A DNA stretch of 64,000 nucleotides from a virus (taxonomy: Duplodnaviria; Caudoviricetes). The stretch is from IMG/VR virus record IMGVR_UViG_3300024346_000003. One strand, given 5' to 3'. Position 1 is the first letter of the stretch; each line of letters opens with the position of its first letter. The position numbers and the translations under genes are program-made. Positions 34,697 through 44,775 of the stretch are shown piece by piece. The notes below the pieces were generated by a model that was not told where the DNA came from, did not search any database, and worked only from the letters and a program-made list of their open reading frames with translations.

Positions 34697-35899
34697 GGTA
34701 GTACTATCTTCTAAATTATAGAATTCCCGTCTAATATGAATTAACAACCCATCTACTAATCTTGAATCAACCTTTTTAGGTAAATCTGAATTATCAAATA
34801 TACTATCCATTTCTTCAATAGCCTGGTCAGCCATTGCTATTAAATTTTCCAAATCAACTTCACCACGTCTAATTGCAAGTAACTCTTGAGCATCTTCTCT
34901 ACGAACATTAATACCTTCACCTCTACCAATCTCTTGGGCCATTCTAATAAGTCGAATACAATGCATCATATTCTTACCATCGATGCGTTGACCATGTTCT
35001 TGCGTTTCAACATAGCGAGTCTCATTACGGTTTTCCAACCATTCTTGATATTCTCTATAGTCTTTGCAGTGCATAGTGTAACCATCTTTGTTATAGATGA
35101 TATTACAAATAGGTGTTTCACCTTTTGGTATGCTTGAAAGACGTAGTTGGTTGGATTCAGCAGCGTTTGCACCTTCATCAGTTTTAACAAGACCTTTGTA
35201 ACCTAACGCATAAGGTTCGGAATAATACTTTTTACCTTCTTCTCTATCTTCTTCAGATAAGTTTTCAGAAAAACAAGCTTGAGCAACTTCATCATGATAA
35301 ACTGCATATACATCTCTAGCATTTGGGACATTTACAACGCCGCAAAATTTGTTCTCATACTTAATATATTCTTGACTATATTTAGGTTTATCCATGCACC
35401 ATATTTTCCATGGTATAGACTTTTCACCCTCAATAACGTATACGAAATCCAATACATCTTTACGAGTTACTTTGTCTTTCTCCCAGTTTTGTTTCTTATC
35501 AAGACCTTTCGCTTTCTTAATTTGTTGTCTAGCATAACCACCGAATGAATCCTTACAAATCTGTGTAATAAAGTCATCTTTATGTGCTAGTATATCATCA
35601 AACAATGGATGTTTAGATACAATGCAATCTTCAGGGCTATTAAGTAATTCTAAAACTGTTGGGTTATTGCTACCCATTAGTTCTAGGAAACGTCTAATTT
35701 CCCACCCAACGTAATCTTTATTTACGTTTATTTGTTCAACATACCCAGTACCTAAGATATAATCTTGTGGTAGTATATATACAAATTTTTTGTCTATATC
35801 AGATGTTGGTGTCTGCGTTCCATACGCTTGTGACCCAACTATTGTTTCAAATAGGATTAACCCATTTTCAACTAAAAATTCATGCGTTATTTGTTTCAT
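34667..35899 (-). CDS. Pol-beta superfamily nucleotidyltransferase (Nuc-transf/YcgL-like)
   Basis: VGSQAYGTQTPTSDIDKK, NPTVLELL, DGKNMMHCIRL. Confidence 0.75.
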   Translation of the reverse strand: MKQITHEFLVENGLILFETIVGSQAYGTQTPTSDIDKKFVYILPQDYILGTGYVEQINVNKDYVGWEIRRFLELMGSNNPTVLELLNSPEDCIVSKHPLFDDILAHKDDFITQICKDSFGGYARQQIKKAKGLDKKQNWEKDKVTRKDVLDFVYVIEGEKSIPWKIWCMDKPKYSQEYIKYENKFCGVVNVPNARDVYAVYHDEVAQACFSENLSEEDREEGKKYYSEPYALGYKGLVKTDEGANAAESNQLRLSSIPKGETPICNIIYNKDGYTMHCKDYREYQEWLENRNETRYVETQEHGQRIDGKNMMHCIRLIRMAQEIGRGEGINVRREDAQELLAIRRGEVDLENLIAMADQAIEEMDSIFDNSDLPKKVDSRLVDGLLIHIRREFYNLEDSTTLYKRIPTID

Positions 35900-35922
35900 A
35901 ATTCTTTTTTAAATTTAAATTA

Positions 35923-36285
35923 CTAATGAGTATTTGTTGAACGTACAATATTTTCATGTTCATCATCACCACCAAACCTTACTTCGATATAATCACAGTA
36001 ATTATCTTGCTCTGAATCCAACCACTTACAGAATTGTTCTCTGGCTATATCACCATTTTTAGAAGTGTCCCAACCCTCTTTACTACCATCTGGTGCAATA
36101 AAGAAAGAAGATTGTCCATTGGTTAAACCAGATATAATTTCACCAATTAATTTACTACCATGACGCTCAATAAGCTCACCGCTAAATTGCTCTTCAAATA
36201 TTTCAATAGCTTTATTTCGTGCCTCTAGTACTTTATCTTCTTGCCACCCAGTAACTATAATCGCATTATGTTTAATATACCCCAT
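35923..36285 (-). CDS. Hypothetical phage protein
   Basis: 120 aa; promoter box at 36303. Confidence 0.6.
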   Translation of the reverse strand: MGYIKHNAIIVTGWQEDKVLEARNKAIEIFEEQFSGELIERHGSKLIGEIISGLTNGQSSFFIAPDGSKEGWDTSKNGDIAREQFCKWLDSEQDNYCDYIEVRFGGDDEHENIVRSTNTH

Positions 36286-36415
36286 TTTAATTTACTTTTT
36301 TACAAATATACTAATAATTCTTTAATATACCAAAAATTTTGCAAATATAATATAAAAAAAATCAAAATAAATAGTATTTAGTATTATTAAAAAATATTTA
36401 TAATAAAAGACTATT

Positions 36416-36676
36416 ATGGTGTGGTATAAAAAAGTTAGTAACTGGATAACGGGGTTATTTAAAGATGAAAAGGGTAGTCCTTCATCAAAAAGATTTATTG
36501 GTATTATATGTGGTTTATCTTTATGTGTTTCATTATTTATAAACCAATATACAGGTCATAAACCATCTGATGCCTTGGTTGATTCTGTTGCACTATTAGC
36601 ATTTGGTTGTTTAGGTTTATCTTCAGTCGATAAAATATGGGCTAAAAGAGATGGTAAAGTAGAAGAAAATAATTAA
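36416..36676 (+). CDS. Small two-TM membrane protein (holin-like topology, function unknown)
   Basis: SSKRFIG then two hydrophobic helices; TATTTAT box upstream. Confidence 0.55.
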   Translation: MVWYKKVSNWITGLFKDEKGSPSSKRFIGIICGLSLCVSLFINQYTGHKPSDALVDSVALLAFGCLGLSSVDKIWAKRDGKVEENN

Positions 36677-37329
36677 TTATTTTTTTCAGAAGCATATTTA
36701 ACACCCATTATTGTCCCCACAATACTAAATGCGTTGGTTAATAATATACCAACGATATTACTCCATGTTGAGCCTACAATTGCTGTATCTCTATTTGTAA
36801 GTAAAGAAATAATAAAGACACCTGTGGTTATAATACCTACGCTGATAATAATCCATAGTGCAACTTTAACAATTGACCCTATCAATTCAAATTGTGACTT
36901 CTTCTGTAATAATTCTAAATCATTTTCAACTGAAGCTCTAGCATTTTCAGCTTCACGTCTAGCTATTTCAGATTCTTCTCTGGCATTTTCAGCTTCTATT
37001 TTTAAATGTTCAGCTTCAAATCTAGCTGATTCAGCTTCATTTTTAGCACATTCATTTTCTTTTAAACTATGAATTAATTCTTCTTGTATTCGAATATTCT
37101 CTTCCTTCCAGGTAATTAATTCATTATTTTGTTTTTGAATTTGTTTTGTGATTTCCAACCTTTTTTTTCGGGTTGTCATATCTTTGTCAACACAACTTTT
37201 GATATATTTTTCAAATAGTTCATCACCATCAGTATCAATAACTTTAAGAATATTACCCTCAAGTGAAATCTTTTTAGTTTTATGTAACTGAATTAATAAA
37301 TCTTTAGTCTTGTTGTCAACTTTAATCAT
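36673..37329 (-). CDS. Coiled-coil protein with C-terminal TM helices, co-transcribed with the two-component pair
   Basis: EAE repeats, two TM segments. Confidence 0.6.
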   Translation of the reverse strand: MIKVDNKTKDLLIQLHKTKKISLEGNILKVIDTDGDELFEKYIKSCVDKDMTTRKKRLEITKQIQKQNNELITWKEENIRIQEELIHSLKENECAKNEAESARFEAEHLKIEAENAREESEIARREAENARASVENDLELLQKKSQFELIGSIVKVALWIIISVGIITTGVFIISLLTNRDTAIVGSTWSNIVGILLTNAFSIVGTIMGVKYASEKNN

Positions 37330-37763
37330 TTATATACTTTAAATTTGTTCGTTCTATTCTTATAACCATCATAATCATTTCTAAATTCTTCCAATCTAGG
37401 TTCTATTTCATCAGATTTAATAATCCAGAATTGAGCACCAGCTTGTAACGCTTTTGATTGTTCTTCAGCTTCATCACTTGATGATATTATTCCTATTACA
37501 ACATGATTACCATATTCGAAGTTTATTTTTCTAACTAATTCAATACCATCAAATGATGAACCAATTATATTTAAATCTACAAATACGCATTCTGGTTTGT
37601 CATGGATATTATTAGTGTCAAACCATTCTTTAAATAGCTTTTCAGCTTCATCTGCACTAGTCAGACTTTCTAATGATAATGTGATATCTAATAAGCTGCA
37701 AGCATCTTCAAATACTAAATGGAATAAATCTTCATCGTCCACTAATAAAATTGAGTTAATCAT
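37326..37763 (-). CDS. Single-domain response regulator (receiver)
   Basis: ILLVDDEDL, FVDLN, IISSS; K replaced near WIIKS. Confidence 0.85.
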   Translation of the reverse strand: MINSILLVDDEDLFHLVFEDACSLLDITLSLESLTSADEAEKLFKEWFDTNNIHDKPECVFVDLNIIGSSFDGIELVRKINFEYGNHVVIGIISSSDEAEEQSKALQAGAQFWIIKSDEIEPRLEEFRNDYDGYKNRTNKFKVYK

Positions 37764-37774
37764 AATTGTTTTTT

Positions 37775-39202
37775 TTATTTAATTTTTATTTTTGTCCCTT
37801 GTGACATTTTTTCTACTGTTATACTAAACCCATGTTCTTTAAGAATTGCTTTACAGATGTTTAAACCTAAACCTGTACCAGTTTCTTTTTGACCTTCTTT
37901 TCTTACATACGGTTTTGATAACTCATCAAATTCCTTTTGTGTAATACCTCTACCATTGTCCTCAACACAAATATAACCATCTTCTAAGTATATTTTAATA
38001 AATCTACTCGGACTGTCATTATATTTTAAACCATTTCTTATTAGGTTATCTATTGCTGTACAAAATAATGCTTCATTAACTTCAATTGTGGGTAAATTAT
38101 TATCCAGTAAAACTTGTGATTTATATGCTGTTGCTGATAAGTAATCTTGGAGTATGTCTTTGATATTGTATTCACCCTTATTTAAGGTTGAGTCTTTTTT
38201 AACTAGGTTTGTGAATTCATATACACCTTTATAAACTTTTTGTGTATGCTTTAGTCCCTCTTTAATCATTTTAAGTGGTGCCTCAATTTTAAGGTTATTA
38301 ATATCTTCTTGTGTTAATCTCCTTTCTAATGAAGAAAGACCTCTGGGCATATAAGTATTAATACCAGAATGCATATCATGTCTTAAAATTTTAGCAGCAT
38401 GTTCTAGATATGTGTTTTTCTTTTCAATTTCTTCAGATTGTAAAATTTTATCTGTAACATCAATGGCAATTTTCATAATTTTAACCACCTTTCCATTATC
38501 ATCTAGAATTGGGTTATATGTTGCTTGTAGCCAAATTATTTCACCACCATGTTTAATTCTAGAAAATCTAGATGATATAAATTCACCTCTACTAAGTTTA
38601 ACCCAAAATTCTTTATAATCCTCACTTTTTGAATACTCACTATCAACAAATATACTATGGTGTTTACCGATTAATTCTTCTTGGGAATAACCCATGATAT
38701 GACAAAAATTATCATTAGCTAATATTATATTACCAAATAAATCAAATTCAATAACCGCATTTGATTGGTTAATAGCATTAATTATATTTTTAATCTCTAA
38801 TTCATTTTTTTTAACTAATGTAACATCATGCCTAATTGAAATAAAACCCATTAATTTGCCATTAATATCAAATTCAGCTTTTATATAGGTATCAACATAG
38901 TAAAAATCACCGTTTTTAGTTTTATTTGTAACAACTGAGTTCCAGATACCCTTGTCAACTATAACAGTCTTATACATGTTTGACCAAAAATTTTTATTAT
39001 GAATCCCAGAATTAACGATATTATGGTTTTTACCCACAACTTCTTCTAATGACCACCCAGAAACTTCTTCGAATTTTTTATTAACATATGTGATGTTACC
39101 TTTAGCATCTGCTTTAGAAATTAAAACTGAACTATCAACAAATTGACTAAAGTCATATAATTCTTTATTTAAGTCATTAATTTTATCTAAAGGGTCTTGC
39201 AT
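37775..39202 (-). CDS. PAS-PAS sensor histidine kinase
   Basis: Two PAS/PAC domains (GKNHNIVNSG; GKHHSIFV), ILRHD H-box, NLIRNGLKYN, DNGRG, GTGLGL. Confidence 0.9.
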   Translation of the reverse strand: MQDPLDKINDLNKELYDFSQFVDSSVLISKADAKGNITYVNKKFEEVSGWSLEEVVGKNHNIVNSGIHNKNFWSNMYKTVIVDKGIWNSVVTNKTKNGDFYYVDTYIKAEFDINGKLMGFISIRHDVTLVKKNELEIKNIINAINQSNAVIEFDLFGNIILANDNFCHIMGYSQEELIGKHHSIFVDSEYSKSEDYKEFWVKLSRGEFISSRFSRIKHGGEIIWLQATYNPILDDNGKVVKIMKIAIDVTDKILQSEEIEKKNTYLEHAAKILRHDMHSGINTYMPRGLSSLERRLTQEDINNLKIEAPLKMIKEGLKHTQKVYKGVYEFTNLVKKDSTLNKGEYNIKDILQDYLSATAYKSQVLLDNNLPTIEVNEALFCTAIDNLIRNGLKYNDSPSRFIKIYLEDGYICVEDNGRGITQKEFDELSKPYVRKEGQKETGTGLGLNICKAILKEHGFSITVEKMSQGTKIKIK

Positions 39203-39303
39203 TTAAAAAATGTGTTTAAAACTTATTTATAACAAAAAATGCGGACATCTATGTTTAATTATAAATAGTCCGCATTAATTCAAATGTTAATAAATTTTAA
39301 TAT

Positions 39304-39930
39304 TTATTTTATAAATCCATCTTTATATAAAGTATGTAAATAAATTGAGTGCTCTACGCACATTTCTTTAGCTTTCATAACGCCAATTTCAAAATCGTCT
39401 GTTGTATAATCAACAGCTCTACCAATCGACATGTGTAATCCAAAATAAGGTTTACCTAACCCCAATTCTGAACGTATCATTTGTAATTCTTCTCTATCCT
39501 CATGTGGAATATTAAACCACCAGTGATAATCACTATTTGGTTCAGAAGAATCAGTTTTTGGTGATAGGTCTATTATAACCTCAATTTTTTTACCATTCCA
39601 TTTAGTTTTTATTTCTTCCCATTTACCATTCATATCTGAAGCTCTATCATTTATGAATGTTATATGAGCACCTCTTAATGGTTTATGCAACTTTAAATTA
39701 TATCGCTTCTTAAGAAACCACATATAGTATTCGCAAACATCACCAGGTATAACAACCATAGCTACTTTCTTCCAAGAAGATTGTTTGCTGTGTTTTAAAG
39801 TCTTATCTTCTGGGTCAAAAACTATTTTACCAGTTAACTTAACAATATTAGTTTGCCAATTTGAATTTTGGTAAGAATTCTCTAAGGAATGCATTTTTTG
39901 GTCCACCGATTTTTTCAACCCATTTTTCAT
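39304..39930 (-). CDS. 2H phosphoesterase-like protein
   Basis: Two HxT/S motifs: AHITFI and LHMSIG. Confidence 0.6.
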   Translation of the reverse strand: MKNGLKKSVDQKMHSLENSYQNSNWQTNIVKLTGKIVFDPEDKTLKHSKQSSWKKVAMVVIPGDVCEYYMWFLKKRYNLKLHKPLRGAHITFINDRASDMNGKWEEIKTKWNGKKIEVIIDLSPKTDSSEPNSDYHWWFNIPHEDREELQMIRSELGLGKPYFGLHMSIGRAVDYTTDDFEIGVMKAKEMCVEHSIYLHTLYKDGFIK

Positions 39931-40624
39931 AATTAATTGCGTTTCTTTTTTCTAATTCTTCTATTTTTTTATCACTAGGTCTTGTTCTAGAATATGGTAG
40001 CACTTCTTTCTCAAAGTTTGGATAAGTTTCTTTATTAAACACTCTCTCATCAACCAAGAACACAACAGCTGTTAATGTGTCATTTAAATCTGGTTCATAA
40101 AATTCTGAAAATAACACACCGTTCTCATATAACGTATCTCTACTTTTTTGTAAGGAACCATACCATCTATCATCCTTTGAATTATTCGTTGTTCCACCAT
40201 TTAATATAATAAATGTCTTATCTTGTTTTCTCCATTTATTAAACCCAATCTGATTTGATTTTAACAATGCTTCACCAAAGTTAATACTACGACAAATATG
40301 ATTACCATCAAACATCAAATTATTATATTCTTGAACAGCATGTCCATATTGAATCGCTGATTGTATAGAACTAATATTATATGGTACTAAACCATACATT
40401 CTATATTCCAAATACGATTCACCTTTTCTAGGTTGTGAATTTGGTTTTACAGTGCATGATGTAATCATTTGTAAAAACTCAACCCTACCAACAAAATACA
40501 TTTCAAAAAAATGTCTTTCTTTTGACCCATAGAATTCTTCTGGCCACTCATTTAAATCAAGTGGTCTTATGTTATATTCAACACACCATTCATATGGTGT
40601 TTTAGTTTCTTCTACGTTTTTCAT
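39848..40624 (-). CDS. Peptidyl-tRNA hydrolase 2-like protein (tentative)
   Basis: IQYGHAV...KTFIILNGG...FYEPDLNDTLTAV pattern. Confidence 0.5.
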   Translation of the reverse strand: MKNVEETKTPYEWCVEYNIRPLDLNEWPEEFYGSKERHFFEMYFVGRVEFLQMITSCTVKPNSQPRKGESYLEYRMYGLVPYNISSIQSAIQYGHAVQEYNNLMFDGNHICRSINFGEALLKSNQIGFNKWRKQDKTFIILNGGTTNNSKDDRWYGSLQKSRDTLYENGVLFSEFYEPDLNDTLTAVVFLVDERVFNKETYPNFEKEVLPYSRTRPSDKKIEELEKRNAINYEKWVEKIGGPKNAFLREFLPKFKLAN

Positions 40625-40775
40625 ATAAAATTTTAATTATCAAAGCCAACCCAATTGTTGCCAATATTATAAATAAATAATAAAGTAATTTAAGTGTTAT
40701 AACCACACATATAAAACTTAAAATTATTAGTAATCCCCAGTAAAACCCTTTTTTTAATCTATCAAACATACTTTT

Positions 40776-41174
40776 TTATTTTCTTCCAAAATCAGCTGGA
40801 ATTTCACCCCATTCTTTAGTCAACCATTTATTAATTTTAATATCTTTGGTCTTTAAAAATTTACAAGCTTTATCCATCCTCTCAATTATATCACCAGCAG
40901 CTGATGATTTGTGTTTTTTATCCCTAACCCAAGCAATGGCAGTTACACTGTCTGACCAAATGTTTGGTTCAATCCCCTTTTTATCACAATAATGAATTGC
41001 ATGACATATTGCTAAAAATTCAGCAACATTGTTGGTTCCAGGTCCCAAATGTTCTTCAAATATGATTTGACCCGTTTCCAAGTCAACACCACGATAAAAA
41101 CATGGACCTGGATTACCTACAGTACCACCATCAACACATATACCACTCGTTGGTTTAGAATTGTCTTGTGTCAT
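40776..41174 (-). CDS. Ribonuclease H (RNase HI type)
   Basis: CVDGG..GNPG, GTNNVAEFLAI, WSDSVTAIAWV. Confidence 0.85.
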   Translation of the reverse strand: MTQDNSKPTSGICVDGGTVGNPGPCFYRGVDLETGQIIFEEHLGPGTNNVAEFLAICHAIHYCDKKGIEPNIWSDSVTAIAWVRDKKHKSSAAGDIIERMDKACKFLKTKDIKINKWLTKEWGEIPADFGRK

Positions 41175-41379
41175 CTACAAATAAATTAGGGTTAGCTTCA
41201 ATCCAATCTATAATTGGTTTTTGAAACATCGCTCGAAAACCATTCATGTATAATACATCGGCAACAATGTGAAATTCTTCACCCATTGTGAATGTTAGTG
41301 GTTGTGGAACACCGTTAAGGTTAACTTCCATAGCTTTCTTTAATCTGAAAACTTTATTTGAATACTTTACTCTGCTCAT
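41155..41379 (-). CDS. Hypothetical protein
   Basis: 74 aa, overlaps neighbours. Confidence 0.5.
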   Translation of the reverse strand: MSRVKYSNKVFRLKKAMEVNLNGVPQPLTFTMGEEFHIVADVLYMNGFRAMFQKPIIDWIEANPNLFVDDTRQF

Positions 41380-41849
41380 AACCCTACTAATTCATTTAAT
41401 TTTATTAAAAACATTTCTCTCGTTTTAGTTGAAATGTATTTATTTATTTCTTTGGGTTCAAGATTATTCTCAATCATGGTATCCATTTCTTCTTTGATAA
41501 CATCATTTACAACCCATCTAATCACGTCACCCATCTTCTTAACATCTAATGGTTCTTGATTAGGGAATACGTTTTCGATTGCTTGGTTAACACGACTTTC
41601 GGTAACCGCATAATCTACGAATTCTTTAATAGAATTCAATTTTTCAACATCAACAGCTGCTAATGTCTTAACTTTAGATGCACTATGCTTTTCACCCTTC
41701 ACCTTGAACCTATGAACAACATTTTGAAATTCACAAGACCATACGATTCCTTCACCAATCATACCAATTTCAAAATTTACATCTTCATTTAATTCAGAAA
41801 CTACTTTATCTTCATTTCCAAATTCTTTTAATTTAATAGTATATCCCAT
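41376..41849 (-). CDS. Rnl2-like RNA ligase, C-terminal fragment (motifs IV-V)
   Basis: IGEGIVW, FKVKGEKH after a 28-aa unrelated N-terminal extension. Confidence 0.75.
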   Translation of the reverse strand: MGYTIKLKEFGNEDKVVSELNEDVNFEIGMIGEGIVWSCEFQNVVHRFKVKGEKHSASKVKTLAAVDVEKLNSIKEFVDYAVTESRVNQAIENVFPNQEPLDVKKMGDVIRWVVNDVIKEEMDTMIENNLEPKEINKYISTKTREMFLIKLNELVGL

Positions 41850-41853
41850 TTTT

Positions 41854-42861
41854 TTACTTATCTAAACATTTTACTTTCCAACCATTAGTTGACTTATTTT
41901 TACTTTTTATTTTAAATTTAATAACCCCATCGATAATATTTTCTTTTCTAGGGTATTGCAAACAATTATCATTGAAAAACGCCCTAAAATTAAACGTTTT
42001 ATATTCATTACCATCCAAATCAGTTATCACCCATCTTTTAGATGTTGTATTACCAAACTCACCGTTTTTTAACCTAATATCATCTTTATGTATTCTATGA
42101 AATTTACCTTCCCAATCTTTAGCTGTAATATAACCAATTCTCATTTCAGATAATTTATTTTTTAATTCGTCACTATGTTTTTTATCTTTATTATGGTGTT
42201 TATAGTTATTTTTACCACGTTTAAATTCTTCTTTAGTTATTGTTATTTTTTTACCAGTTTCTATTTCAATAACCGAAACAAAACCAATCGTATGACCAGA
42301 AAGATTTATATCGGAATCAAAAACTTTTTTAGACACCCTAACTTTTTTATTAGTTAACACATTAATAGCAACAACTTCATTAGTTTTACCATACATTGGA
42401 TTATTTTTACCACACATAGGTGTTAATTTATGAAGTTTACCTTTTTCATGAGTTTCTTTAGCTATTTTTGATAACATTATTTTATGTTCATCTGTTATAG
42501 CCATACCAAAAAAACCATTTTTACTAGCTAAAGATTCATTTATATATTCATTTGACTTAACAACATTTTGCTCTTTTTGAATTCTTAACTCTTCTGATAA
42601 AGCATCTTGTCTAGTTTCATGATAACTTAATATTTCTGAGTTAAAAAGTTCTTTATTATTTTTAATCTCTAACTCAAATATAGTTTTCCATTTTTTAGAT
42701 TTGACACTACCTAAATAACCATTATTAATTTTTTCTATACTAGTAGAACCAATATAATATTTTGGTAATTTATCACCGCTATACGTAACCAAGTAAACAA
42801 CATATTTTCCCATAATTAAAGTATTTATTAATAAATATCTAGGTATTGTATGGAAAGACAA
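41854..42861 (-). CDS. GIY-YIG-type homing endonuclease (probable start 42813)
   Basis: VVYLVTY...YYIGST, GYLGS, NUMOD-like HSDELKNKLS. Confidence 0.75.
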   Translation of the reverse strand: MSFHTIPRYLLINTLIMGKYVVYLVTYSGDKLPKYYIGSTSIEKINNGYLGSVKSKKWKTIFELEIKNNKELFNSEILSYHETRQDALSEELRIQKEQNVVKSNEYINESLASKNGFFGMAITDEHKIMLSKIAKETHEKGKLHKLTPMCGKNNPMYGKTNEVVAINVLTNKKVRVSKKVFDSDINLSGHTIGFVSVIEIETGKKITITKEEFKRGKNNYKHHNKDKKHSDELKNKLSEMRIGYITAKDWEGKFHRIHKDDIRLKNGEFGNTTSKRWVITDLDGNEYKTFNFRAFFNDNCLQYPRKENIIDGVIKFKIKSKNKSTNGWKVKCLDK

Positions 42862-42862
42862 A

Positions 42863-43501
42863 CTAATTTAAAGAAAATTTAATAAAATTAACACCATTAG
42901 GGTTTTTAATACGTTTTTCTTTAAAAACAGGTTTTAATTTATCTTTAATTGGGTTGGTGAAATTAGGTAATGATTCATTTTCAAACCAAATATTTCCATT
43001 TTCGTCCTCATACGCTGTATTATTTTCCAAAACAGAGAAGCCAAATGCTTTCGCTACAGGACATTCTTCCTCAACCGCAATAGTCAACTCGGATAATTGA
43101 TTTTGAATCAACTGAGGCATGTTAAAATCGATATCAATTGAATACGTTTCATAATCATCGATATTGTAAATTTTAACCTCTGGTGCTCTCAAGTACGTTG
43201 AATCAACCCAGTAAGCTGGATTAGCTTTTAATTCTTCTTCAGTTTCAGTATGTGGTGTAATTTTAACACCAAATATGAAGAATGATTTAGGTAAGTTGGA
43301 AATACCAACACCTTTTTGAATATTACCACCAGCCCATTCACCATAAATACTAATAGTGTTATTGTTTCTATTAATATTTTCTTTTTCGGCAACATGTAAC
43401 ATTAAACCATAAAAAATATCCTTATTTGATTCCACAAAGAATGCAAATCCAGCGTTATCGGATGTTTTGATTTCTTTAATATTTTTTATTTTCTTTTCCA
43501 T
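42863..43501 (-). CDS. Rnl2-like RNA ligase, middle fragment (motifs III, IIIa)
   Basis: DNAGFAFFV, IYGEWAG, FFIFGVK; own TATATTTG box at 43516. Confidence 0.75.
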   Translation of the reverse strand: MEKKIKNIKEIKTSDNAGFAFFVESNKDIFYGLMLHVAEKENINRNNNTISIYGEWAGGNIQKGVGISNLPKSFFIFGVKITPHTETEEELKANPAYWVDSTYLRAPEVKIYNIDDYETYSIDIDFNMPQLIQNQLSELTIAVEEECPVAKAFGFSVLENNTAYEDENGNIWFENESLPNFTNPIKDKLKPVFKEKRIKNPNGVNFIKFSLN

Positions 43502-43585
43502 TTTATTTTTTTTTACAAATATACAACTTTTTTTTATCTTTCACAAATTTTATAGATATTTATTAAAAAACGATAAACCAGCATT

Positions 43586-44416
43586 ATGAAAAAACAAAAA
43601 TACCATTACGTTTACAGAATTACTAATAAAGTAACTAAAAAACACTATTATGGTTCTAGAACATCAAAAACAGAACCTAAGTATGATTTAGGTGTAACTT
43701 ATTTTAGTTCTAGTTCTGATAAAGAATTTATTAATGACCAAAAAATAAATACCGAAAATTACAAATATGTAATTGTTAGAATTTTTAATTCTAGGGATGA
43801 GGCTTTATTATTTGAATCACATTTACACACTAAATTTAATGTTGCTAAAAATGATAAATTTTATAATAAATCAAACGTAACAACAACTGGGTTTATTTAC
43901 GGGTTTCTTGGTAAAAAACATAACCCAGAATCACGTAAAAATGCAATCAATAAAAAAGTTAATACTATGAAAACAACTATTAATAATAATGGTGATAATT
44001 TATATAATTTAGCAGCTAAAAAAGGTGATGAAACAAAGCGAAACACTATCACATCTGATGGGTTAAATATACACCAATTAGCAGCTAAAAAATATAAAGA
44101 ACGTTTGGATATCATTAGAGATGGTGAAACAATGTCTACTAGAGATAAATTAAGACAACCTAAAAAAGATAAAACTAATTATCAAAAAGAGTCTGAAACT
44201 ATCCATATATATAATAACAATGATGAATTAATTTACGAAGTTAAAATAAATTTAAGAAAATTTTGTAAACAACATAATTTACCATACACTGAATTATATA
44301 ACTCAAAAAGAAACAATACCAAACTTTACGAAAACATTATCAATAAAAGAGTTATAACCAGATTAACTAATAAAGGTTTTTATAAATATAAAGGTTGGTA
44401 TGCTATAAAACAATGA
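43586..44416 (+). CDS. GIY-YIG-type homing endonuclease (antisense insertion)
   Basis: YHYVYRITN...HYYGSR, YFSSS, FYNK. Confidence 0.75.
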   Translation: MKKQKYHYVYRITNKVTKKHYYGSRTSKTEPKYDLGVTYFSSSSDKEFINDQKINTENYKYVIVRIFNSRDEALLFESHLHTKFNVAKNDKFYNKSNVTTTGFIYGFLGKKHNPESRKNAINKKVNTMKTTINNNGDNLYNLAAKKGDETKRNTITSDGLNIHQLAAKKYKERLDIIRDGETMSTRDKLRQPKKDKTNYQKESETIHIYNNNDELIYEVKINLRKFCKQHNLPYTELYNSKRNNTKLYENIINKRVITRLTNKGFYKYKGWYAIKQ

Positions 44417-44765
44417 TTTCACCTATTTTATATTCACTTATAATTTTACCATTAATAATATCATTTTCATTAAATAACTGTTTTGAACCATCTTCAAATT
44501 CAATTTCAATTAGTTTTGATGGTGATGGTGTAATAATGTTTTCACGAGATTGTGCCCACAAATCATCTTGACTATTATAAGAAACACCAGCATTAGTACC
44601 ATGTAATTTTATAGTACCTTTAAAGGTTAATACTGGTTTAGGTAAATTTGGGTCATAAATTGCCTCACCATTTTCATCTAAACCAACAAAATTGTATCGT
44701 CTATTAACATTAGAAACAACAGTTCTAAATTGCTCAATAGACGGAAATTTAATCATTTTTTTCAT
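44403..44765 (-). CDS. Rnl2-like RNA ligase, N-terminal fragment (motif I)
   Basis: TIKLHGTNAG, AQSRENIITP, then a 40-aa unrelated tail. Confidence 0.78.
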   Translation of the reverse strand: MKKMIKFPSIEQFRTVVSNVNRRYNFVGLDENGEAIYDPNLPKPVLTFKGTIKLHGTNAGVSYNSQDDLWAQSRENIITPSPSKLIEIEFEDGSKQLFNENDIINGKIISEYKIGEIIVL

Positions 44766-44775
44766 ATTTTTAAAA

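Noticed and set aside
41849-44526. Group I or II introns as the explanation for the split RNA ligase and RNase R
   Set aside because: No intron core helices or conserved boundaries visible; the inserts are filled by coding sequence and the downstream fragments have their own promoters or starts. RT-PCR would settle it.
43462-44526. Functional split intein at the first ligase break
   Set aside because: Only a faint resemblance; too short, and no terminal His-Asn or conserved first nucleophile.
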